From an uncultured Microthrixaceae bacterium (GTDB lineage Bacteria > Actinomycetota > Acidimicrobiia > Acidimicrobiales > VFJN01): a DNA stretch of 64,000 nucleotides. The position numbers were made by a program, and so were the translations under genes. The notes beneath the pieces are model-generated. The model saw only the letters and a program-made list of their open reading frames with translations, was not told the origin of the DNA and searched no databases. The DNA is taken from the NCBI GenBank assembly GCA_963806205.1, contig CAWDXF010000004.1, forward strand, positions 121,521-185,520. The letters run 5' to 3'. This document shows, one piece after another, positions 1 to 9,947 of the stretch (the stretch's first letter is position 1; each line of letters starts with the position of its first letter).

Positions 1-1414
1 GCCCGCGCTGGCCCAGGAGGGCGGCGACGCAGACCGGCGACCAGCTCTTCGGCAGCTACGACCTCGAGGCTCGCGGCATCGGCGTGCAGACGCGCTACGA
101 GATCGAGGGCTTGCTCCCCGGCGGCGCGCCGGTGCTCGACTTCACGATCCCGGAGACGCTGGCCCGCTTCGGCTCGGGGCCCACCGGCTACGGCCTCGCG
201 TCGCTCGCGTATCCGGGCGGCATCATCGTCAACCTGCCCTCGCTCATCGCCCAGGCCGGCGCCGACGCCAGCAACATCCCCGACTACCCCGTGAAGGCCG
301 AGGCGTTCTACCCGGCCGGGCCGCTCGACGCGAAAGCTCGGCCATCGGGGACCAGTCGGTGCAGCACGCACGCGCGCATGGGCGTCGACGCGATGGGCAC
401 CTTCCCGAGCATCGACGCCAACCCTGCGATCAGCGTCGCCAGCGTGACCTCCGCGTCGCGGAGCGTGCATCGAGGACGGGCAAGGCCGTGAGCCGGACCC
501 GCGTCGTGCTCGGCGGCGTCAACCTCCTCGGCGGGGTCGATCTCCATCGACTCGCTGGTGACCGACCTCGTGGCGGTGCACGACGGGACGACTGGCGCGG
601 TGCGGGCGGCACCACCGCGACGGGCGTGCGGTTCCTCGGGCTCGCGGCCTCGCTCACCGAGGAGGGCCTCGTGCTCGGCGAGGCCCCGCCGGTGCCGGGC
701 CCGGGCGCGCCGCTCGGCGAGCGTGCTGGCCCCGGTGCTCGGGCGGCTCAGCCAGCTCACCGCGCCCGGTGCAGGAGCGCTCGAGCGTGCTCGACCAGGC
801 CGTGCCGACGCTCGACGAGGTGCTCGCCGCGGCGGGCATCCACCTCTCGCTCCTGGCGGGCGGTCCAGGTGGAGACCGACAGCGGTGCGTCGGCGTTCGC
901 GACGACGGGGCTGGAGCTCACCCTCTCCTACCGCGGTGCCGAGCAGGAGGGGCTCATCGACCTCATCGAGAGCATCCCGCCCGACCTGCGTCCGAACCTC
1001 GGGCCCGCTCCCCAACCCCGTGTCGTTCCTCGCCAACAACCACATCACCGCCCTGACGCTCGGGCTCGGGCACCGTGCGGGCCCTCGCCAGCTCCCCGTT
1101 CGGCATCGAGGGCGACCTCCCCCTCGGCGACCTGCCGCTCGGCGACCTGCCGTTCGACCTCGGGCGGCACCGATCTGCCCGGGTTCTCCACGCCCGTGCC
1201 CACGCTCCCGGAGTAGCCCCCGGGCGGCGCGCTCGGCGAGACGGCCAGCGCCCTGGGCAGCAGTGCCATCCCCGCCGGGCTGCTGATCCTGGTCCTCCTG
1301 CTGTCACCCCTGTTCGGCGTAGCGTCGACCCGTCTCGCTGACAACGTCCTCGCCGCCGTGTCCACCTCCTGCCCCTCCGGGCTCGACGAGCCCCCACCGA
1401 GATCGAGGCCGTGA
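1..1414 (+). pseudogene. 5'-truncated secreted or C-terminally membrane-anchored protein of unknown function; the frame switches several times
   Basis: The frame is open from the window edge (..PALAQEGATQTGDQLFGSYDLEARGIGVQTRYEIEGLLPGG..). Protein-like stretches alternate between track ORFs 84-491, 359-1216, 558-1286 and 1075-1341 (TGLELTLSYRGAEQEGLIDLIESIPPDLRPNLGP; NPVSFLANNHITALTLGLG; SSPFGIEGDLPLGDLPLGDLPFDLG). An in-frame TAG lies at 1214-1216. The same frame then continues with high third-position GC through GSSAIPAGLLILVLLLSPLFGV (one hydrophobic helix) to TGA 1412-1414. No family recognised. Confidence 0.4.
1111..1155 (+). repeat. 3 x 15-bp in-frame tandem repeat encoding GDLP(L/F)
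   Basis: Read directly: ggcgacctccccctc / ggcgacctgccgctc / ggcgacctgccgttc, followed by a partial gacctcggg. Confidence 0.8.
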
Positions 1415-1906
1415 TGCCGAGCACCCACGGACAGCCCGACCAGATCGCTCCTGCCAGGCGGACGCGCCCGCTCGCCGCCGACGGCCGGCCGGACCACGCG
1501 GACATCCTCCTGGACGAGATGTTCGACGCCGGTGACGCTCGCGGCCGCCGACGATCGCCACGAGCGGTTCCTCGACGGCATCCGGGGCCTGCGCATCGGC
1601 GGTGCCTCGAACCTGCTCTCCGAGCGGCTGCTGCTGGTGCTGGCCGGGATCGTCGCCCCCCTCGGCCTGGTCGTCGTGGTGCTCGGCTGGTGGGGCGCGT
1701 CGAGGACGCCCTACGAGTTCGAGCAGGTCCCGTACCTGATCTCGGGTGGGCTGCTCGGCCTCGGGCTCGTGTTCCTCGGGTCGTTCTTCTACTTCGCCCA
1801 CTGGCTCACGCAGCTGGTGAAGGAGCACCGCGAGCAGTCCGCGGCGATCCTCGACGCTCTCGAGCGGCTGGCCGAGCAGGCCGGCAGCAGCGGCGACCTC
1901 CGCTAG
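1411..1906 (+). pseudogene. small integral membrane protein (2 predicted TM helices), unknown function; probable frame switch near 1530
   Basis: Track ORF 1532-1906 is intact (LLLVLAGIVAPLGLVVVVLGWWG and YLISGGLLGLGLVFLGSFFYFAHW). The stretch 1411-1531 in the ORF 1411-2211 frame has about 92% GC at codon position 3. It starts with a GTG that overlaps the upstream TGA (GTGA). The true N-terminus is therefore probably MMPSTHGQPDQIAP..DEMFDAG. Confidence 0.55.
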
Positions 1907-3046
1907 GCGACCACGGCGCCGGCCCGCAGGGCGGCGACCTCGTCGGGCGCGAACCCCAGGTCCGCCAGCACCGCGTCCGTGTGCTCGCCCGCGACGGCGG
2001 GCGGGGCGCCCAAGGCGGTCGGCGTCGCCGAGAACCGCGGGGCCGGCGCGGGCTGCGGCACGCCGTCCACCTCCACGATCGTGGCCCGGGCGGCCACGTG
2101 CGGGTGGGTGCGCGCCTCGCGCATCGTGAGCACCGGGGCCAGGCAGGCATCGCGGTCCTCCGCCCGGGCCAGCCACTCGTCCCGAGGGCGCGTGGCGAAC
2201 GCGGCCGGTGAAGGCCGCCCGCAGCTCCGGCCAGCGGGTGCGGTCGTGCTGCTCGGGCAGCGCCGCCGGATCGAGGTCCAGCACCGCGAGCAGCGCCGCG
2301 TAGAACTGGGGCTCGAGCGCGCCGACCGCGAGCTCGGCCCCGTCTGCGCAGCGGTACACGTCGTAGAACGGGGCGCCCGAGTCGAGCAGGTTCGTCCCCC
2401 GCTCGTCGGACCAGTACCCCATGCCACTCGCCCCGTAGAAGGGCGCCATCAGGAGCGCAGCGCCGTCGACCATGGCGGCGTCGACCACCTGGCCCTCGCC
2501 CGACCGGTGCGCGTGCAGCAGCCCTGCGACGAGGCCGAGGGCCAGCAGCATGCCGCCGCCGCCGAAGTCCGCCGACGAGGTTGAGCGGTGGCGTCGGGGA
2601 GCTCCCCGGCCCGGCCGATGTGGGCCAGCGCACCGGCCACCGCCGCGTACGTGATGTCGTGCCCGGCCGCCTGGGCCAGCGGCCCCTCCTGGCCCCACCC
2701 CGTCATGCGCCCGTAGACGAGCCGGGGGTTGCGGGCGAGGCACTCGGCGGGGCCGATGCCGAGGCGCTCGGCGACGCCCGGCCGGAAGCCCTCGAGCAGA
2801 GCGTCGGCCTGGGCCGACGAGCCGCAGCACGACCTCGGCGCCCCCCTCGGCCTTGAGGTCGACGGCCACCGACCGGCGCCCCCGCCGCAGGATGTCGAAC
2901 GCCGCGCTGCCCGGCGCGGCGAGCACGGACGGAGGGCGGTCGACCGTGATGACCTCCGCCCCCAGGTCCGCCAGGACCATCGCGCAGAACGGGCCGGGCC
3001 CGATCCCCGCGACCTCCACGACGCGCAGGCCGGTGAGGGGACCCAC
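1903..3046 (-). pseudogene. family III CoA-transferase (CaiB/BaiF, alpha-methylacyl-CoA racemase-like), at least 4 frame switches
   Basis: The family-typical segments occur in order but across three frames. These are [37 protein letters not shown] (ORF 1304-3373 frame), [52 protein letters not shown] (ORF 2449-2706 frame), PPLNLVG (ORF 1806-2633 frame), [36 protein letters not shown].. and the C-terminus ..[38 protein letters not shown].. (ORF 1903-2427). GTG 3046 lies 9 nt downstream of the stop of the preceding gene. Confidence 0.8.
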
Positions 3047-3054
3047 GCCCGGGC

Positions 3055-3968
3055 TCAGCGTGCGAGCCGCGTGGGCGCCTGGCGCCGGATGCGATCGGCG
3101 ACGCCGTCGACCGCACGCACCAGAGCGGGGCCGAACTCGCGCTTGGCGCACGCGATGTGACCGTCGTCGATGAGCTGCACCTCCGCGCCGGGGATGGCGT
3201 CGGCCATGCGGCGCTGCTCGTTCGGCGAGATCGCCCGATCCCGCTCCGTGAGGAGCACGGTGGTGGGCACGTCGACCTCGCCGATCCAGCGGCGGGCGTT
3301 GTAGCTGCCGATGGCCTGCCCGGCCTCCATGATCTTCACGAGGTCGTGGCGCCGCATCTCGCCGGCCGCCCACGCCCGCATCGTGGTGGGGCGGACGCCG
3401 ACGTGCGGGGCGTCCAGCGCCGCATGCCGGGCGTGCGGGCCACGAGGTTGCCGGCCCGCGTCGTGCCGACCGCCGTGGCCATCATCGAGCCGAAGATGAA
3501 GCGCTCGCGCGCGCCGTTGATGAAGCGGTAGGACGTGGCGCACAGCACCAGGCCGTCGACCACCTCCGGGTGGCGGCGCCACAGCAGCTGCGCCACCGGT
3601 CCACCCATGGAGTACCCGACCGCGATCGTGGTGCCCTCGACGCGGAGCACCTCGAGCAGCGCGGCCACGTCGTCCGCGCAGTCCGCCAGACGGAAGCGGC
3701 GACGGGCGCGCAACCCGCGGCCGTGGCCCCGCAGGTCCGGGGCGATCACGTTGTACCGCTCGGACAGCGGGCCGAAGGACGTGAACCAGTTGAGGCCACC
3801 GCTCGCGATCCACCCGTGCAGCAGGACCACCGTGGGCGCGCCCGGCGGCCCGTCGACCGCACGCGCGAACGTGGTGCCCCGCCCCGGCAGCTCGATGCGA
3901 CGGCCGGTCGGCAGGGGCGGCCCGGGGACGGCGTCGTCGACGCTGGTGACCTGCGGCATGGCGACCAT
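3055..3968 (-). pseudogene. alpha/beta-fold hydrolase, one frame switch near 3420
   Basis: ORF 3336-4223 from Met-86 reads MVAMPQVTS..PTVVLLHGWIASGGLNWF..APDLRGHGRG..IAVGYSMGGPVAQ (GxSxG nucleophile elbow). The C-terminal third lies in the tail of ORF 3055-5721 (..VPTTVLLTERDRAISP..QLIDDGHIACAKRE..). Confidence 0.75.
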
Positions 3969-3974
3969 GCGGCC

Positions 3975-3980
3975 AATGTA
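3975..3980 (-). promoter_or_regulatory. -10-like hexamer TACATT, 6 nt upstream of the hydrolase ATG (leaderless-mRNA candidate)
   Basis: The minus strand reads TACATT GGCCGC ATG(3968), matching the actinobacterial TANNNT -10 pattern. No Shine-Dalgarno sequence lies between them. Confidence 0.4.
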
Positions 3981-4071
3981 GGGCACCTCCACGGGCTCCC
4001 GGCGCGATGCCACACCCTCTAGGCTCCCCGCCCGACCGGCTTCGGAGGAGGCCGGCACCGAGGGGGGATCG

Positions 4072-5190
4072 ATGACGACGTTGGACACCGCGGCGGTGGA
4101 CGCGCTGCTCGCACGGGCACGCCGGGAGGTCGACGCGGGGCTGCTCCCGTCGTGCCAGGTCGCGCTGGGCCTGGAGGGCAAGGTCGTGCTGCACGAGGTC
4201 ATCGGTGACGCGTCCCTCGACACGCGCTACACGATCTTCTCCGCCACCAAGCCCTTCGTCGCATCGGTCGTGTGGCAGCTGCTCGGCGAGGGCGTCATCG
4301 AGCCGTCGACCCCCGTCGCTGAGCTGTTGCCGACCTTCGGCAGTCACGGCAAGGACGCCATCACGCTCGAGCACGTCCTCCTGCACACCGCCGGCTTCCC
4401 GCGCGCGCCGCTCGGTCCGCCGCGATGGGAGACCCACGAAGGTCGCGCGGCCGCGTTCGCGAACTGGCGCCTCAACTGGGACGTCGGCACGAGGTACGAG
4501 TACCACCCGACCAGCGCGCACTGGGTGCTGGCCGAGGTCATCCACGCGGTCACCGGGATGGACCACACCGACGCGGTCCAGACCCGCATCGCCGAGCCGC
4601 TCGGCCTGGACGGGTTCCGGCTGGGCGTACCCGCAGACGACAACGCCGGCATCGCCGACCTCGTGCTGTGCGGCGAGCCCGCCTCGCCCGACGAGCTGGA
4701 GGCGGCGATCGGGATCCGCGAGATCGACGTCGGCGAGGTGACCGACGAGGCGCTCATCGGCCTCGACGCGCCCGCCGCCCGAGCGGTCGGCGTGCCGGGC
4801 GCCGGCGCGGTGGCCACGGCGGCCGACGTCGTGACCTTCTACCAGGCGCTCCTCGACGACCGGAACGGCCTCTGGGACCCCGCGGTCCTCACCGACGTGA
4901 CCAGCGTGGTGCGGAACAGCCTCCCCGACCCGATCATGGGCACGCCCGCGAACCGCAGCCGGGGCCTGATCCTGGCCGGGGACGACGGCAAGTCGAACCT
5001 CCGTGGCATGGGGCGCACGGTGTCGCCGGGAGCGTTCGGCCACAACGGGGCGGCCGGCCAGGTCGCGTGGGCCGATCCCGCCACCGGGCTCTCGTTCTGT
5101 TACCTCACGAACGGCCGCGACCTGCACTTCCTGCGGGAGCACCGACGCACCACCGCGGTGGCCAGCCTGGCCGCCGTCTGCGCCGCATAG
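4072..5190 (+). CDS. beta-lactamase-family serine hydrolase (class C / esterase-like)
   Basis: Intact 372-aa ORF with the SxxK motif in FSATKPFVASVVWQL and LEHVLLHTAGFP. GAGGGGGG lies 5 nt before the ATG. Confidence 0.85.
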   Translation: MTTLDTAAVDALLARARREVDAGLLPSCQVALGLEGKVVLHEVIGDASLDTRYTIFSATKPFVASVVWQLLGEGVIEPSTPVAELLPTFGSHGKDAITLEHVLLHTAGFPRAPLGPPRWETHEGRAAAFANWRLNWDVGTRYEYHPTSAHWVLAEVIHAVTGMDHTDAVQTRIAEPLGLDGFRLGVPADDNAGIADLVLCGEPASPDELEAAIGIREIDVGEVTDEALIGLDAPAARAVGVPGAGAVATAADVVTFYQALLDDRNGLWDPAVLTDVTSVVRNSLPDPIMGTPANRSRGLILAGDDGKSNLRGMGRTVSPGAFGHNGAAGQVAWADPATGLSFCYLTNGRDLHFLREHRRTTAVASLAAVCAA

Positions 5191-5275
5191 CCGCTTCCCG
5201 AACCCCGTCCGAACGCCGTCTGACGGCCCGGGGGTCATTGGGGGCCGTCCCGGGCCTGCGAGTACCTTGGCCGCC

Positions 5276-6828
5276 ATGTCGCGCCGGATCGACATCGAGC
5301 TCACGAGCGCCCGGGAGGACGGCACCTTCACCTGGCGCGCCGCAGGCGCCCGCGAGCCGCGGGGCATGGTGGCGGGCACGCTCCTCAGCGGCAACGCGAA
5401 GGTGGGCGACGTCGTCAAGGTCGAGGCCGAGTTCTTCGTCGACGGCATCCAGATCACCGGCCTCGTGCCGGACAAGGGTCCGCGCCAGGAGGCCGAGCGC
5501 CTCGAGCTGCTCGGCACCGGGCGCCCCGAGGAACCGCTCGTGACGACGACCCTGGCCCGTGGTGACCGCGAGGATCGGGCGCGACCGCGGCGATCGGCGG
5601 GACCGCCGTGACCGGGGTGAGCGCGGCGACCGCCCTGGCCGGGAGCGTGGCGATCGCCGCGAGCGGCCCGACCGGGACCGCACGCGCCACGACCGACCCG
5701 CGGCCGAAGGCGAGGCGGCACGCGACGGAGATGGTCAGCGCACGGCCGATCGCGACGGCCACGGGCGCGACCGCCGCGGCCCGGGTGACCGGGCGCCCCG
5801 GCGCAACCGACCGCCCCGCCCGGAGCCGCCGCCCATCCCCGTGGTGGAGCGTCCGAAGGCGAAGCGCCTCCGACCGGGTCGCACGCACCGCACCGCGCTC
5901 CTCGAGTCGCTGGTCGAGGAGCAGCGCCCGATCGCGGAGCAGGTGGTGCTGGGCGGGCTCCCCGCCGTGCGCCAGGCCATCGAGAAGCAGAACGCCGAGC
6001 GCGCGGCGGCCGGTGAGCCGGCCATCGCCGCGGGCCCGCTCATGGAGCTGGCCGAGAAGCTGGTCCCGAAGGTGCGAGCCGCGGAGTGGCGTGACCGCGC
6101 CGAGGCGGCGCCAGCGCGACCTCGAGGTCCTGGACCTGCGCGACCTGCGTTCGGTCGTGTCGGCGGCCGACAGCGGACCGCGCGACGACGAGTCCCGCGA
6201 GCTGGCCCGCGCCCTCAAGGAGGGTCTGACCGCGCGCGTCGACGCCGAGCACGCGTCGTGGCTGGAGGAGCTCACCGCCACCGTCGGCGTCGGCCGGATC
6301 GTGCGGGCGCTGCGCCTCAGCTCGCGACCCCCGAAGGCGGGCGCGCCGCTCCCGCCCGATCTCGCCGCCAAGCTGGTGTCCGGCGCCGGGGAGGCCCTGA
6401 CCGCCGAGGCCGCGCCCGAGCGGTGGGTGGCGGTGCTGGACGCGCTCGCGTTCGCACCGGTGCGGGACCGCGTCATCCCCCACTCGCTGCCGGCCTCCCT
6501 CCACGCCGACGTCCAGGCCACGATCGCCCGCCTCGCCACCCGCATCCCGAAGATCGCCCACATCTTCGAGATCACGCCGGACCCGAGCGCGCCCCGGCCC
6601 GAGCGGCGGCGTCCCGACCGCCCCAAGCGGAAGGCCGCGCCGAAGCCGGAAGCGAAGGCCGAGACCAAGGTCGACGTGGAGGCGACGGCCGAGCCCCAAG
6701 CCGAGCCCGTGCCGGCGGATCAGCCCGAGGCGGAGGTCGCGCCCGAGCCCGTGGTCGAGCCCGTGGTCGACGAGCCCGCTGTGGTCAGTGAGCCCGTGGA
6801 CGAGGCAGCGTCGGCTCCCGAGGAGTGA
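5276..6828 (+). pseudogene. conserved hypothetical protein with an Arg/Asp/Glu-rich linker and an acidic Pro/Glu/Val-rich tail; 2 frame switches (about 5590 and 6110)
   Basis: The N-terminus MSRRIDIELTSAREDGTFTWRAAGAREPRGMVAG..VKVEAEFFVDGIQITGL lies in ORF 5003-5611. The middle, ..RERGDRRERPDRDR..VVERPKAKRLRPGRTHRTALLESLVEEQRPIAEQVVLGGLPAVRQAIEKQN.., lies in ORF 5559-6791. The C-terminal half, ..ELARALKEGLTARVDAEHASWLEEL..IAHIFEITPDP.., lies in ORF 5608-6828. No family name recalled. Confidence 0.5.
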
Positions 6829-7018
6829 CGACGGTCTGCTCGCTCGAGCGGCCGCGGTAGTCGCCGCTCGCCGCGTCCTCGTCCCAGCGGGCGCCGCAGG
6901 AGGCGCAGGCGCAGGAGTCGAGGCACACCGACGCGAGGTAGAGGCGGTCGACCTCGTAGGCCTCGCAGAACGGACATCGCAGGTGCCCGGCGCCTTCGTT
7001 CGTCGAGGTCGTGACCAC
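6785..7018 (-). CDS. small Cys-rich (zinc-ribbon-like) protein
   Basis: 77-aa ORF containing CPFC..x19..CACASC. GGAGGGGGG lies just upstream of GTG 7018. Its 3' end overlaps the convergent gene by 44 nt. Confidence 0.5.
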   Translation of the reverse strand: MVTTSTNEGAGHLRCPFCEAYEVDRLYLASVCLDSCACASCGARWDEDAASGDYRGRSSEQTVVTPREPTLPRPRAH

Positions 7019-7067
7019 GCCCCCCTCCGCCCTCCTGCTCGTCTGCGTGGAGGGTACAACGCCTCGC

Positions 7068-7073
7068 TAGTGT
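7068..7073 (+). promoter_or_regulatory. -10-like hexamer TAGTGT, 8 nt upstream of the crotonase ATG (leaderless candidate)
   Basis: TAGTGT cctcgccc ATG(7082), with no SD sequence. Confidence 0.3.
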
Positions 7074-7081
7074 CCTCGCCC

Positions 7082-7846
7082 ATGTCCGTCGACTACGAGC
7101 AGCGAGGACCGTTCGCGGTCATCACCATCAACCGGCCGGAGGCCCGCAACGCCGTCAACGGTGCGGTCGCGCAGGGCATCGAGGAGGCAATCGACCGGAT
7201 CGAGGCCGACGACGCCACCTGGGTCGGCATCCTCACCGGCGTGCCGCCGGTGTTCTGCGCCGGCGCGGACCTGAAGGAGATCAACTCGGGCAACGCGGGT
7301 GCGCTCGCCACGAAGCGCGGCGGGTTCGCCGGCTTCGTGCAGCGGGAGCGGACGAAGCCCGTCATCGCCGCGGTCGACGGACCGGCGCTGGCCGGCGGCA
7401 CGGAGATCGTGCTCGCCTCGGACCTCGTGGTGGCCTCGACCACTGCCACGTTCGGCATCCCCGAGGTGAAGCGTTCTTTGGTGGCCGCGGCCGGCGGGCT
7501 GTTCCGGCTCGGCCGCAAGATCCCCATGAACATCGCGATGGAGCTGACGCTCACGGGCGATCCGATCGACGCCACCCGGGCCCACCACTTCGGGCTGGTC
7601 AACCGGCTCGTGGAACCCGGCGAGGCACTCGAAGGTGCGGTGGCGCTGGCGGAGCAGATCTGCGCCAACGCCCCGATCGCCGTGCGGGCCTCCCGGAAGA
7701 TCGTCCTGGAGGCCACCCACGCACCGGACGACGTCGGCTGGCGCATGTCCGCCGAGGGCATGGCCGCCGCGATGCAGTCGGAGGACTTCTCCGAGGGGCT
7801 CACGGCCTTCATCGAGAAGCGCCCGCCCGCCTGGAAGGGCAAGTAG
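7082..7846 (+). CDS. enoyl-CoA hydratase/isomerase (crotonase) family protein
   Basis: Met-99 of ORF 6788-7846. Motifs: ITINRPEARNAV, FCAGADLKE, IAAVDGPALAGGTEIVLASDL, EGLTAFIEKRPP. Confidence 0.9.
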   Translation: MSVDYEQRGPFAVITINRPEARNAVNGAVAQGIEEAIDRIEADDATWVGILTGVPPVFCAGADLKEINSGNAGALATKRGGFAGFVQRERTKPVIAAVDGPALAGGTEIVLASDLVVASTTATFGIPEVKRSLVAAAGGLFRLGRKIPMNIAMELTLTGDPIDATRAHHFGLVNRLVEPGEALEGAVALAEQICANAPIAVRASRKIVLEATHAPDDVGWRMSAEGMAAAMQSEDFSEGLTAFIEKRPPAWKGK

Positions 7847-7851
7847 CCGCC

Positions 7852-8262
7852 CTAGGTGAACGTGGGCAGGATCCCGTGGTCGTGGAGGAACTCCGCGAGC
7901 CCGGGGGCCAGGGCCCGCTCCCCCACCTCGTGGAGATCGACCCACTCGACCTCGGCGGCGTCGTCGCCGGCCGTCGGCTCCGCGTCGTCCACGATCGTCA
8001 CCTCGAAGTCGAGGATGACGACGTGGAGGTCGTCCTCCAGGAGCTCGGCCCAGCCGATGAACGGGCCGCACACGCCCTCGAGGCCGGTCTCCTCCCGCAG
8101 CTCGCGGGTCACGGCCTCCGCCAGCGTCTCCCCCCGCAGCACACGGCCACCCGGCACGGACCAATGCCCCTGGGCGGGACCGCGGCCGCGGCGCACGAGG
8201 AGCAGGCGGTCGTGGTCGACCGAGACCGCACCGACCGCGACCTCGGGCGGCTGGTCGCTCAC
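7852..8262 (-). CDS. NUDIX hydrolase
   Basis: Tail of ORF 7852-9351. The Nudix box is [27 protein letters not shown] 8262 overlaps the upstream TGA (GTGA). Confidence 0.85.
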   Translation of the reverse strand: MSDQPPEVAVGAVSVDHDRLLLVRRGRGPAQGHWSVPGGRVLRGETLAEAVTRELREETGLEGVCGPFIGWAELLEDDLHVVILDFEVTIVDDAEPTAGDDAAEVEWVDLHEVGERALAPGLAEFLHDHGILPTFT

Positions 8263-8751
8263 GACAGGCTCCGGTGCACGACGATGGCGCGGGCCACGAG
8301 GCCGAACGACTCGAAGAAGTTCTTGGTGGCGCGGTCGCCGGGCAGGGCCAGGCTGTCCACGCCGGTGCAGCCCGCCGCGCGGCACCAGTCGACGAGGTCG
8401 TTCATCAGCAGCTCCCCCAGCCCGACGCTGCGGGCCTCCGGCTCGACGTAGAGGTCGGTCACGACTCCGATGCGGCTGCCGTCGGCCAGCTCGTCGAGCC
8501 GCGCGCAGGCGTAGGCGACGGTCGCATCGTCGAGGGTGCCCGCGAGCACGCGGTGCGCGTCGGAGCCGATCTCCGCCTCGAGCTGCGTCTCGTACGGCGG
8601 CCGTCGTGCCGCGGTGCGCGCCCACACCTCGCCGCCGCGCTCGCGCGCGCAGCTCCTCGATCGCGAGCGCGACCAGGTCGGCCAGGCGGGGGACGTCGTC
8701 GCTCTCGGCGACGCGGCACGCCTCCACCGGGACGGAGGAGGCTGCGCCCAT
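8259..8751 (-). pseudogene. GNAT-family N-acetyltransferase, one frame switch near 8640
   Basis: [36 protein letters not shown].. lies in the ORF 7852-9351 frame. The sequence then continues in ORF 8259-8627 as ..[57 protein letters not shown]. Confidence 0.7.
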
Positions 8752-8768
8752 GCCGGCCGGTTCCGCGG

Positions 8769-9351
8769 TCAGCCCGCCTGGAGCTGCGCGACCTTCGAGA
8801 GGATCGTCTTGCGACCGCGGTTGGCCAGCTCGTAGAGGCGGACCGCCTCGAGCTCGGCCGCGGCCAGGCCCGCCAGCCGGTTGACGACGTGCGAGGCCGA
8901 GAGGCCGTCGTAGTCGGGGATGGCCAGGGTCTCCGGCGCGATGGCGGCGCCGGCGGCGCGGTCGGGCGAGATGGGCTCGCCGTCGATGACCGGGGTGGGA
9001 GCCGGCGAGGCGGGCGCTGCCGCAGGGGCCGCCGGGGATGCGGCCTCGGGCACAGCGGGCGGGTGGGGCGAGGGCGACTGGCCGAAGCGGGCGAGGAGGC
9101 CGAGCACGCCCCCGGCCACCTGGCCGGCGAGCTTGTCCCCCTCGCTGCGGCCCTGGGTCACCGCGAACTCCCCGAGCACCCGCGCCGTGCCGACCTGGGC
9201 CTTGCCCTTCTGCACGAGCTGCGGCAGGAGCGAGGCGCCCTCGAACAGGAAGCCGATCGGCGGCGTAGACGAAGAGGTCCATCGCGTGCTCCACCGCCTG
9301 GTCGACGGGGCTCTTGGGGGGCGCTTCGGGCTGGTCCTGCTCGCTGGTCAC
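8769..9351 (-). pseudogene. conserved actinobacterial protein of unknown function (from memory, the C-terminal module resembles proteins annotated as lipid-droplet-associated); one frame switch near 9270
   Basis: The N-terminus [30 protein letters not shown] lies in the ORF 7852-9351 frame. The rest lies in ORF 8769-9215, ending ..[49 protein letters not shown]. Confidence 0.5.
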
Positions 9352-9859
9352 GTCTGCTCCTGGTCGCTCGGGGGCGCCAATCCTGCTCGGCCCGGCCCCG
9401 GGCGGCGAAATTCAGCCCGGTCGTGTGCGCCACCAGGACGTCGCACGGGGCGTGGTGGGCGACCGACGCCGCCACGCTGCCCAGGATGAAGTGGGCGTGG
9501 CTGGTGAGGCCCCGGGAGCCCACGACGATGAGGTCGGCGTCGAAGTCCTTCGCCGCCTCGAGGAGCACGTTGGCGGGATCGCCGGAGATGGCCTGGACCA
9601 CGACCTTGCCCACGCCCTCCTCCTTGGCGATCACGCGACCCCGGGCCGCCAGCTCCTCGGCCTGGACCCGATCCGTCAGCGTGAAGCGGATGTCGGCGGG
9701 GACGACGTCGGCGCCGGGCACCGACGTGCCGCTCGGCGTGTAGGCCGTCACGATCACGACCCGGGCCCCTTCCGCCGCGGCGATCTTCGATGCCTGCAGG
9801 ACGGCGCGTCCGGCCGTCTCGGAGCCGTCGGTCCCGACCACGATGGTGCCGTAGGACAT
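9158..9859 (-). CDS. universal stress protein (UspA family); the as-sequenced ORF overruns the expected C-terminus
   Basis: [60 protein letters not shown]. After residue ~148 the ORF becomes Arg-rich nonsense that overlaps the next gene. A TGA sits one frame away at 9412-9414, next to a GGG run. The true end is therefore probably near 9412. Confidence 0.8.
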   Translation of the reverse strand: MSYGTIVVGTDGSETAGRAVLQASKIAAAEGARVVIVTAYTPSGTSVPGADVVPADIRFTLTDRVQAEELAARGRVIAKEEGVGKVVVQAISGDPANVLLEAAKDFDADLIVVGSRGLTSHAHFILGSVAASVAHHAPCDVLVAHTTGLNFAARGRAEQDWRPRATRSRRDQRAGPARSAPQEPRRPGGGARDGPLRLRRRSASCSRAPRSCRSSCRRARPRSARRGCSGSSR

Positions 9860-9885
9860 CTGGATCGCGTCTCCTGGTCGTGTCA

Positions 9886-9903
9886 GGCCGGCTCGGGCCG
9901 GCC
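9886..9903 (-). terminator. GC-rich hairpin between the cyclase/TPR gene and usp
   Basis: ggccggc tcgg gccggcc: a perfect 7-bp stem with a 4-nt loop, 45 nt downstream of the stop at 9948. There is no U-tract. Confidence 0.3.
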
Positions 9904-9947
9904 GTCCTGGAGGTCTCGGAGGTCATCCCGGACCACGGCGAGGAACG

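Noticed and set aside
5560-5720. A repeat-like cgaccg/cggcga-rich stretch.
   Set aside because: It encodes the RD/RE/RG low-complexity linker of the 5276-6828 protein. The periodicity is imperfect and it is not a CRISPR or other non-coding repeat.
9158-9411. An 85-residue C-terminal extension of the Usp protein overlapping the next gene's start.
   Set aside because: The sequence turns into Arg-rich nonsense right after the conserved ..CDVLVAHTT end. An out-of-frame TGA at 9412-9414 beside a GGG run suggests a one-base indel removed the real stop.
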